Assembly (NCBI GenBank): GCA_018829965.1
Contig: JAHJTG010000016.1
Location: 157,537-221,536, forward strand
Source: Patescibacteria group bacterium
Lineage (GTDB): Bacteria; Patescibacteriota; Minisyncoccia; Minisyncoccales; Staskawiczbacteraceae
DNA length: 64,000 bases
Direction of reading: 5' to 3'
A program made the translations under genes and the position numbers. Below, in pieces: positions 28,379-35,915 of this stretch. Each line of letters begins with the position of its first letter. The stretch's first letter is position 1. Below the pieces are notes generated by a model that was not told where the DNA came from, searched no databases, and worked only from the letters and a program-made list of their open reading frames with translations.

Positions 28379-28458
28379 AATTATGAGCGAGGGAGGAAAG
28401 GAAAAACCTTTTTTACTTTCCGACCAAGCGATTAATTATATAGACTAAAAGTCTCTAT
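28379..28458 (-). promoter_or_regulatory. Conserved leader element, copy A (abuts ATG of 27548-28378)
   Basis: Gene-sense sequence: ATAGAGACTTTTAGTCTATATAATTAATCGCTTGGTCGGAAAGTAAAAAAGGTTTTTCCTTTCCTCCCTCGCTCATAATT, then ATG. Hairpin 1 pairs 28442-28446 with 28450-28454. Hairpin 2 pairs 28395-28400 with 28416-28421, plus an inner A/T stem. TATATAAT lies at 28435-28442. Confidence 0.75.
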
Positions 28459-28462
28459 AAAT

Positions 28463-29383
28463 TTATTTTTTAATTAAATTATGATTTTCAAACCATTCTT
28501 TAGTTTTTCCAACTCCAGTAGCAAAATCTGTCTTAGGCTGCCAATTCAAAAGCTTTTTAGCTAAGTTGATGTCTGCCTGGGTATGGAGAGGGTCACCTAA
28601 CCTTGGGGGCAGATATTGAACCGAACCGCCGATTAATTTGCTTAAATAATTGATCGAATAAGATTTCTTCTGCCCAATATTTATTATTTCTCCTCCTTTT
28701 ATCTTTTTGCTTTCCGCTGCTTTTATATTTGCATCTACTACATCATCTATATAGCAAAATGCCCTAGTCTGTTCCCCATCTCCAAAAATTGTTAATGGCT
28801 TATTCTGAACCCTTAATCTTAAAAATTTTCCCAAAACTAAACTATAATCAGAATCGAAATCAATTCTTGGCCCATAGACATTAAAATATCTTAAACAAAC
28901 TATCGGAACCTTATATAGCCCAACAAATAGTTTTGCAGTTTGCTCTCCAACAAACTTCTGTAGCCCATATGGGCTAAGAGGATTAGGAATCATATTCTCT
29001 TTTAGAGGAAACTTCTTTTGATCCCCATATATAGAAGAAGAGGAGGCGAAAATAATTCTTTTAACCCCTTCATCAATCGCCGCTTTAAAAACATTAATCG
29101 TACCCAAAATATTCACTTGAGATGTACCGACTGGATCCTTAATCGAAATCGGCACTCTCGGAATAGCAGCTAAGTGTAAAACATAGTCAACTCCTTGAAA
29201 GCAGGGCTTGATTTTGTTAAAATCACGAATATCTAATTGATAAAACTCTACCTTAGGATTCAAGTTTTCCTTCTTCCCAGTTGAAAGATTATCAATAACC
29301 ACTACTTGGTGGTTTTGTTTTATTAACTTATCAACGAGATGGCTGCCTATGAATCCAGCTCCGCCAGTAATTAAGTATTTCAT
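28463..29383 (-). CDS. NAD-dependent NDP-sugar epimerase/dehydratase (extended SDR)
   Basis: ITGGAGFIGSHL and the YGLQK (YxxxK) motif; 306 aa. Confidence 0.85.
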   Translation of the reverse strand: MKYLITGGAGFIGSHLVDKLIKQNHQVVVIDNLSTGKKENLNPKVEFYQLDIRDFNKIKPCFQGVDYVLHLAAIPRVPISIKDPVGTSQVNILGTINVFKAAIDEGVKRIIFASSSSIYGDQKKFPLKENMIPNPLSPYGLQKFVGEQTAKLFVGLYKVPIVCLRYFNVYGPRIDFDSDYSLVLGKFLRLRVQNKPLTIFGDGEQTRAFCYIDDVVDANIKAAESKKIKGGEIINIGQKKSYSINYLSKLIGGSVQYLPPRLGDPLHTQADINLAKKLLNWQPKTDFATGVGKTKEWFENHNLIKK

Positions 29384-29397
29384 ATAGTAAAATTATT

Positions 29398-30507
29398 TTA
29401 ATTATATAATGTGGGCACTTGAGATACTTTATAATGTATCGTGTTGTAAAAAGTCCAATGACTTCTCCATTTCTTGCCATGCTTAAGAAAAAAATAAATC
29501 TTTAGAATACTTCGTAAAATAAAAGAGGGGGTTAAAGACGCGATTATAAAAGTGAGAGAAAACATCAAGCCATCTCTAAGTGTTGCTTTTTGAAAAAATC
29601 CTTTTAAAACTCCGAGATAAGACGAATAAAAAAACGTCTTAAAAGCCTTCATTAATATTAAATGCTGGACAATATTCCATCTAAATCCTCTGTCCATTTC
29701 TTTGATTCTTTTGATTGTAGCATCGTTTACATAACCGCTTGACAACAGCAATTTATTCAATCTTTTTTTACACACATAATGTTTCTTGAATCTGTCTTCA
29801 ATGGAAATCTTATAATAAGGCAGCTCTTGAGAAACTATATGTTTATTAAGCGCCAACCCTTTAACATCAGAAAATTTTAAAAACATCAACCGATATAAAA
29901 ATACTTGAGGATAATGGCTTCCGATTGACTTTTCTGCTAATTCCCTTTCTTGCTCTAATATCTTTTTAAAGAAGCTATTTTTAAATATTAAAATACTTAA
30001 AAATACGCTGTCAGGAAAATTTGCCTCGATAATATTCTCTCTATTTATTTCAAAAACCAACGGCTTATCTGGCTCCAGAGAAGTATAATAAACAGTCTTT
30101 TTTCCGGTTTTTTTATCAATAAAATATGCTTCTGATTTAAGAGTGACAAGAGCTGTATTTTCTTTGCAATTTTTCTTAATAAAATTAATCACCTCCTCTA
30201 AACCATTGGGGATGATAGAATCGTCATCTGCAAAAAGCCAAATATAGTCCCCCTCAGACATTTCCATCACTTGGAAAAGATTCCTATCGCCTAAATCTTC
30301 CTTATTTTCATTATATTTTATCAAATCTGGATATTTTTCCTTAAAATTCATTACAACTTCTCGAGTATTATCTGAAGAACCATTATTAGAAACGCATATT
30401 TCAATCCCATCTTTAATTTGAGGTATAATGTAATCCAAAAGATTCTTCAGATAAACTGCTCTATTGTAAGTAGGAATAGCAATACTTAATAAAGGTTTAC
30501 TGCTCAT
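29398..30507 (-). CDS. Glycosyltransferase family 2 with C-terminal membrane segment
   Basis: LSIAIPTYNRAVYLKNLL, NNGSSDNT, FADDDS (DxD), and C-terminal hydrophobic LMFSLTFIIASLTPSFIL. Confidence 0.8.
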   Translation of the reverse strand: MSSKPLLSIAIPTYNRAVYLKNLLDYIIPQIKDGIEICVSNNGSSDNTREVVMNFKEKYPDLIKYNENKEDLGDRNLFQVMEMSEGDYIWLFADDDSIIPNGLEEVINFIKKNCKENTALVTLKSEAYFIDKKTGKKTVYYTSLEPDKPLVFEINRENIIEANFPDSVFLSILIFKNSFFKKILEQERELAEKSIGSHYPQVFLYRLMFLKFSDVKGLALNKHIVSQELPYYKISIEDRFKKHYVCKKRLNKLLLSSGYVNDATIKRIKEMDRGFRWNIVQHLILMKAFKTFFYSSYLGVLKGFFQKATLRDGLMFSLTFIIASLTPSFILRSILKIYFFLKHGKKWRSHWTFYNTIHYKVSQVPTLYN

Positions 30508-31819
30508 AATTTTGGAGAAAGTTTTTCATAATTTTAATCATGTAATTCAACTTATTTCTAGTTATTCCCGGATAAACGCCTATCCAAAAAAGATTATTCA
30601 TTACCAAATCAGTATTTTTTAAGGAACCGAAAACCCTGCACTTTATGTCTTTATAAGCCGGCTGTTTTTTGAGATTTCCGCCAAAAAGCATTCTGGTAGC
30701 GATTTTATTATCTTCCAAATAGTTCACAATTTCGTTCCTAGAAAAAGGAGCACCTTCTTTTAACAGTATCGGAAAGCCAAACCAAGATGGCTGAGAATTT
30801 TTTGTTGCTTGAGGAAAAATTAGATATTTATCGTACTTTTTCAAAAATCCATATAATAGATCAAAGTTTTTCCTTCTTGCTTTAATAAATTGAGGCAGTT
30901 TTTTAAGTTGAGCTACTCCAATCGCCGCCTGCATATCAGTGATTTTAAAATTATAGCCGATATGAGAATAAATATATTTATGGTCATAACCAAATGGTAG
31001 TTTCCCAATTTGCCAAGAAAATCTTTTTTTACAGGTGTTATCCTGACCCGATTCACAGTAGCAATCTCTCCCCCAGTCACGAAAAGAAGCAATAATTTTC
31101 TTTAATTCCCAATTATTAGTTAAAACCGCTCCACCCTCCCCCATTGTAATATGATGAGCAGGAAAAAAACTGCAGGTAGAAATATCTCCAAATGTTCCTG
31201 TGTATTTATTTTTATATTTAGAACCCAAAGCATCGCAATTGTCTTCAATAACCCAGAGATTATGTTTTTTTGCTAATTTTAAAATCTTATCAAGAGCAAC
31301 AGGATTTCCTAATGTGTGAGCAACAAAAATTGCTTTTGTTTTTTTAGAAATTGCTTTTTCAATTTTTCCGACATCTATATTATAGATTCCTAAGCTAACA
31401 TCAACGAAAACTGGAATTAAGTTGTTTTGAATAATTGGGTTTAAAGTAGTTGGAAAACCGCAAGCAGTGGTTATTACTTCGTCTCCGGGTTTTAATCTTC
31501 TCTTTCCGAGTTTTTGCGAAGTTAAAGCAGATATGGCTAAAAGATTAGCTGAAGAGCCGGAATTAACTAAAAGACAGTGCTTTACGCCTAAAAACTCGGC
31601 GAGTTCTTTTTCAAACTGCTGAGCATACCTTCCAGCAGTCAACCAAAAATCAAGCGAGGAGTCAATTAAATTTATCATTTCTTTTTCATTATAAACCCTA
31701 CCAGCATAATTAATGTATGTTTTGCCCGGAATAAATTTCTCCTCTTTTTTTCTTGAATGGCAAATCGCTTTTATTCGGCTAAAAATTTCTTTTTTTAACT
31801 TCAACTGATTATTTGGCAT
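30497..31819 (-). CDS. rfbH: CDP-6-deoxy-4-hexulose 3-dehydrase (E1; RfbH/DdhC/AscC family)
   Basis: 440 aa. LIDSSLDFWLTAGRY, LVNSGSSANLLA and FPAHHITMGEGG (His where aminotransferases have the Schiff-base Lys). Cys cluster RDWGRDCYCESGQDNTCKKRF, consistent with the E1 Fe-S motif. Confidence 0.85.
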   Translation of the reverse strand: MPNNQLKLKKEIFSRIKAICHSRKKEEKFIPGKTYINYAGRVYNEKEMINLIDSSLDFWLTAGRYAQQFEKELAEFLGVKHCLLVNSGSSANLLAISALTSQKLGKRRLKPGDEVITTACGFPTTLNPIIQNNLIPVFVDVSLGIYNIDVGKIEKAISKKTKAIFVAHTLGNPVALDKILKLAKKHNLWVIEDNCDALGSKYKNKYTGTFGDISTCSFFPAHHITMGEGGAVLTNNWELKKIIASFRDWGRDCYCESGQDNTCKKRFSWQIGKLPFGYDHKYIYSHIGYNFKITDMQAAIGVAQLKKLPQFIKARRKNFDLLYGFLKKYDKYLIFPQATKNSQPSWFGFPILLKEGAPFSRNEIVNYLEDNKIATRMLFGGNLKKQPAYKDIKCRVFGSLKNTDLVMNNLFWIGVYPGITRNKLNYMIKIMKNFLQNYEQ

Positions 31820-31823
31820 TTTA

Positions 31824-32936
31824 TTAAGCTCCTATAATTTTTAATAAAGAATCGCAAACAAAATTAACATCTTTTTTAGTTAGATTTGATGCCGAAGAAA
31901 GACAAATACCTCTTTTTTCCACTTTTCCTGCTTCAGGATTATTAAATCTTCTTTCTTGCTCAAAAACCGGAAATAAGCTCATTCTTGGAAATCCTGACCT
32001 GCAATGAATATTAAGATCTTTCAGTTGTTTTAATACCTCGTCTCGCGGAACTGAGATACTGTCTTCTAAAAGAATGGACGAATAGCAATAATTGCTTTTA
32101 CAATTTTCTTTCTCCTTTATAATCTTTATTCCCTTTACACTTTGAAGTCTCTCGTAATACCAATCAAACATCTGTCTCTTCTTTGCAACCAATTCATCAA
32201 TTCTTTCAACTTGAGCCAGAGCAAGCGCCGCTGTCAAGTTTGCTATCGTATACTGATACCCTATTTGATCTGACCAAAAAACTGCTTTAGAATCAGTGCG
32301 ACCCATTGTCGCAAACAACAGCGCTTTCTTATAAAGCTCTTCATTATCTGTTACGAGAATACCTCCTTCTCCACTTACAGTAATTTTTGCGCCCTGAAAA
32401 CTAAAACATCCGAAGTCGCCGAAAGTGCCAACTTTTTGGCCTTTAAATCTAGAGCCGAGGGCTGGAGCAGCGTCTTCAATCACCCGTAAATTATACTCTT
32501 TTGCAATCTCCATAATTTCATCCATCTGAGCAGGATGACCATAAGAATGAACGAGCATAATGGCTTTTGTTTTGTCGGTAATAGCCTTTCTTATTGCTTT
32601 TGGATCAATACACCAGGAATCTGGATCTATATCAACAAAAACAGGAGTTGCTCCGCTGTAAGCAATCGCATAACCAGTAGCAATCCAGCTAAAATCAGTA
32701 CAAATTACTTCGTCTCCTTTTTTCAGCCCTAATGCCATTACTGCCAGATGTAAAGCCATCGTACAACAATGGGTGGCAATCGCATATTTAACGCCTAAAT
32801 ACTCCGGAACTTTCTGTTCAAGCTTTTTTGCGTGCTTATCATAGGTCTCATACCAGCCGTTTTTAACAGCATCCATTACATAATCGATTTCCTTTTGAGT
32901 AATACAGGGACCGGCAAAGCTTATTTTCTTATTCAT
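31824..32936 (-). CDS. DegT/DnrJ/EryC1/StrS-family NDP-sugar aminotransferase
   Basis: 370 aa. FGDFGCFSFQGAKITVSGEGG (active-site Lys) and overall DegT architecture. Confidence 0.85.
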   Translation of the reverse strand: MNKKISFAGPCITQKEIDYVMDAVKNGWYETYDKHAKKLEQKVPEYLGVKYAIATHCCTMALHLAVMALGLKKGDEVICTDFSWIATGYAIAYSGATPVFVDIDPDSWCIDPKAIRKAITDKTKAIMLVHSYGHPAQMDEIMEIAKEYNLRVIEDAAPALGSRFKGQKVGTFGDFGCFSFQGAKITVSGEGGILVTDNEELYKKALLFATMGRTDSKAVFWSDQIGYQYTIANLTAALALAQVERIDELVAKKRQMFDWYYERLQSVKGIKIIKEKENCKSNYCYSSILLEDSISVPRDEVLKQLKDLNIHCRSGFPRMSLFPVFEQERRFNNPEAGKVEKRGICLSSASNLTKKDVNFVCDSLLKIIGA

Positions 32937-33017
32937 AATTATGAGCGAGGAAGATATGAAAATTTATTTTCATATCGACCGAGTGATTAATTATATAAAT
33001 TACGAAGTAATTTCTAT
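32937..33017 (-). promoter_or_regulatory. Conserved leader element, copy B (abuts ATG of 31824-32936; overlaps stop codon of 33014-34174)
   Basis: Gene-sense sequence: ATAGAAATTACTTCGTAATTTATATAATTAATCACTCGGTCGATATGAAAATAAATTTTCATATCTTCCTCGCTCATAATT, then ATG. Hairpin 1 pairs 32997-33003 with 33007-33013. Hairpin 2 pairs 32953-32962 with 32967-32976. TATATAAT lies at 32990-32997. Confidence 0.75.
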
Positions 33018-34174
33018 TTTTTTAATGTTAATAATTTTTCATACGCCTTATTTAATTCTTCGTCTTTTTTTGCGAAACAAAATCTTAATAAATTTTCTCC
33101 GCTTTCATCATGGTAAAAAGCGCTCCCTGGCACGCTTGCAACGCCGGTCTTTTTTAATAGATACATCGCTTTCTCTTTACTTGTTTTACCTGGCAGACAG
33201 CTTGCATCAGCAAAAACGTAATAAGCTCCATGCGAAACAAATGGCGTAAGCCCCACTTTTTTCAAAACAGAGCAGATTTTATCTCGCTTTAACTTATATT
33301 CCGCGCAGATTGACTGATAAAATTCATCGGGTAATTCATTAATTCCTTTAGCAACTCCCATTTGAAGAGGCGCGGGTCCGCAGACATATATCAAATCATT
33401 GACATAACCAATCATAGTCGCCCATTTTTCGTCACAAACGCAATAACCGATTCTCCACCCAGTGATGCTGAATGCTTTTGAATAGCCTGATATAGTAATC
33501 GTTCTATCCTGAATATTTGATAACACTCCTGGGCTTATATGCTTTAAACCATCATAAACAAAGTATTCATATATCTCATCGGTAAAGATAAACAAATCGT
33601 GGCGGATGCAGAAATCTGCTATCTTTTTTAATTCTTCTTCGGAGAAAACCTTGCCCGAAGGATTGGCAGGGGTGTTAATTATTATCCCTTTGGTTTTTTT
33701 AGTTACTGATTTTTCTAATTCGTCTATACTGAATGTCCAATCCGGCGGATTTAACCTAACATATATTGGTTCTATTCCAACTGCTAATAAGGTATTAACA
33801 TGATATCCGTAGTAGGGTTCAAAAACAATAACCTCGTCACCAGAGTTAAGTAGCGCTAAACAGGCTGAATAAAATGCTCCCGTGGCTCCGCAAGAAACAA
33901 TGATATTTTTCTCCGGATCCACGCGCATATTATTGTGCTTCAACATTTTTGAAGCGATTGAATTTCTCAGTTCAGGCAGACCATCATATCTCGTATATTG
34001 GTTTATGCCAGCATCTATCGCATCTTTAGCTCCTTTTTTCACTGGTAAAGGAACCTCTAAATCACAAAAACCCTGAGACAAATTAATCCCGCCTACCTTG
34101 ACGCATTCAATGGACATATTCCTGATTTCAGACTGAACAATTTTTTTAGAACGATCGCTTATAGATAATTTCAT
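33014..34174 (-). CDS. Class I/II PLP aminotransferase (YbdL/kynurenine-aminotransferase-like)
   Basis: 386 aa. NLSQGFCDLEVP and SGYSKAFSITGWRIGY (SxxK...GxR). Confidence 0.85.
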   Translation of the reverse strand: MKLSISDRSKKIVQSEIRNMSIECVKVGGINLSQGFCDLEVPLPVKKGAKDAIDAGINQYTRYDGLPELRNSIASKMLKHNNMRVDPEKNIIVSCGATGAFYSACLALLNSGDEVIVFEPYYGYHVNTLLAVGIEPIYVRLNPPDWTFSIDELEKSVTKKTKGIIINTPANPSGKVFSEEELKKIADFCIRHDLFIFTDEIYEYFVYDGLKHISPGVLSNIQDRTITISGYSKAFSITGWRIGYCVCDEKWATMIGYVNDLIYVCGPAPLQMGVAKGINELPDEFYQSICAEYKLKRDKICSVLKKVGLTPFVSHGAYYVFADASCLPGKTSKEKAMYLLKKTGVASVPGSAFYHDESGENLLRFCFAKKDEELNKAYEKLLTLKK

Positions 34175-34177
34175 AAG

Positions 34178-34828
34178 TTAAAATAGTTTCATAACTAGAT
34201 CATATTTATTTATTTCTCCATCATAGCCCTCAGGAGCTTCTACCCATTCCAATCCGTCTTTCCCCTCCACTTGTATCATCGGAATCCTTGAGATCTCCTT
34301 AAAGCCAAGCTTTTCATAAAGCCTTACTGCTCTTTCATTGTCTAAAAAAGTCTTTAGAGAATAACCCTTCAATCCTAAGATAGCTTTCCCCCAATCCATC
34401 ATATTTCTGATTGCATCATTCATAATGCCAGGATAGCCTGATTCTCCGCGTATGATGTTATCTATTTCACATGTTCCATTTTCAAAATCAAATCTGAATA
34501 AACCTACATGGCCGATATATTCGTTGCCAACTTTAATTATAAATAACAGCCTATCAGGAGCGTCTATTAATCTTTCCTTGAACCATTTTGTCGTCCTTTC
34601 AACGGTTACCTCAAATTTGCAGGCAAACCATATTTCATTCTTTTTTCGCCATCCGCCAATTATATTCATTAAATTGGCATCCTTACCGCACTCCGAAGTA
34701 AGAAATATGAGCTTGTAATCAACACCATTAAATTTGCAGTTAATAAAAACTTCTCCAAATGGTAATTGTTTTAATTCTTTAATCTTTGCTAAAACTCTTT
34801 CTTTTGAAAATGCTTTAAGATTAGTCAT
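34178..34828 (-). CDS. GNAT-family N-acetyltransferase
   Basis: FLDNERAVRLYEKLGF acetyl-CoA-binding region. Start placed at the internal Met (MTNLKAF, 34828); the track start at 34864 overlaps the upstream stop by 32 nt. Confidence 0.7.
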   Translation of the reverse strand: MTNLKAFSKERVLAKIKELKQLPFGEVFINCKFNGVDYKLIFLTSECGKDANLMNIIGGWRKKNEIWFACKFEVTVERTTKWFKERLIDAPDRLLFIIKVGNEYIGHVGLFRFDFENGTCEIDNIIRGESGYPGIMNDAIRNMMDWGKAILGLKGYSLKTFLDNERAVRLYEKLGFKEISRIPMIQVEGKDGLEWVEAPEGYDGEINKYDLVMKLF

Positions 34829-34832
34829 ATAT

Positions 34833-35324
34833 TTAAATTGTTTTTTTTTGCTTTTCGTCCTCATATTTATTTACTAAAATTTTTATTACCATCTTTCTAA
34901 TATCTGATTTTTCATTAAAAATACATCCTGGCCTATGTATGTCTGTCGGAAAAAATATTACAAACATTCCTCTATTTATAACAAGAAAATGTTCATTCTC
35001 TATTTTTTTATAAAAAGTACAATCTTTTTCTTCATTGTATTCTTCTAATAATTCGTTTTGGGGATTATTAAAACCTAAACCGATTAGCTCTGTCCCCGAA
35101 ATTACATACTGAATATCTATATATTTTTTATGCACTTCAGCTTTTTTTTCTTTTAATTTCTTTGTCTGATAACTAAACAGATTCATAACGACATCCCTTC
35201 CAAGAGGATATTTTCCGTCTGCAAATTTAGAAAAATCGGTTGTTTTTATATAATTTAAATATTTTAATAAAATTTTCGGGAAAACAGATTTTTTATTAAT
35301 TTCAGATATGTTACCTAAAATCAT
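34833..35324 (-). CDS. YhcH/YjgK/YiaL-family (DUF386) cupin-like protein
   Basis: 163 aa. EVHKKYIDIQYVISGTELIG and IFFPTDIHRPG match the signature I recall for this sialic-acid-associated family. Confidence 0.65.
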   Translation of the reverse strand: MILGNISEINKKSVFPKILLKYLNYIKTTDFSKFADGKYPLGRDVVMNLFSYQTKKLKEKKAEVHKKYIDIQYVISGTELIGLGFNNPQNELLEEYNEEKDCTFYKKIENEHFLVINRGMFVIFFPTDIHRPGCIFNEKSDIRKMVIKILVNKYEDEKQKKTI

Positions 35325-35914
35325 ATTTGTAATAATTTATTTATTTTTAAAAATGTTTCTTTTAATGAGTTTTTATTATTATTCCAAGGCCTTGGAAAAG
35401 TTATCGTTTTTATTCCAAAGGCTTCAACAGATTGTATATTTTCTAAAGAATCGTCAACAAAGAAGTCTACCTTATTATAACCAAGGTATTCTCCTTTGTT
35501 TTTATCATACTGAGGTATAATTATACCTTCCCTATGAGAGGGTATGAAATGAAATGTTCTTATCCACTTCCCATAATTTCTTATAACCCATTCGGCAGAT
35601 ATCGAAGCTGTAGCAAATGGAGTACTAGTCAGAGCAATATGTCTACACCTATCTCCGTATTTTGAAAACCAATCCAAAACTTCCGGAATCGGTTTTAACT
35701 CAAAATATTTACTCCGTCTGAATTCATCCAATGAAGCAAGATATTCTTCCTTTGAAACTCCCAATAGTTCATGCGGGGGATTCTTTAATATATCTTTATA
35801 GTCAACCTTACATTCGGGATGTTCGAGCTTCCATAATTTTTCGAACCATTCCTTCATTAATTCATTCAATACATCATCTATATCCCACGCTATCGTAAAT
35901 GTTTTATTTTTCAT
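35321..35914 (-). CDS. HAD-superfamily phosphatase (NT5C-like)
   Basis: 197 aa. N-terminal FTIAWDIDDVLNEL (DxDxV nucleophile motif) and C-terminal FFVDDS. Confidence 0.6.
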   Translation of the reverse strand: MKNKTFTIAWDIDDVLNELMKEWFEKLWKLEHPECKVDYKDILKNPPHELLGVSKEEYLASLDEFRRSKYFELKPIPEVLDWFSKYGDRCRHIALTSTPFATASISAEWVIRNYGKWIRTFHFIPSHREGIIIPQYDKNKGEYLGYNKVDFFVDDSLENIQSVEAFGIKTITFPRPWNNNKNSLKETFLKINKLLQI

Positions 35915-35915
35915 A

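Noticed and set aside
32941-33249. Mini-ORFs on the plus strand inside the conserved leader, preceded by a perfect SD-like GAGGGAGG (C: MKKFVFAFRPSD; D: MIIYYHFPTE; B: the 102-aa track ORF)
   Set aside because: Copy A has no ATG at all. The conserved CCGACC block is read in different frames in C and D. The SD-to-ATG spacing is only 1-3 nt. The peptides share no sequence. The conservation is therefore at the nucleotide/structure level, not coding.
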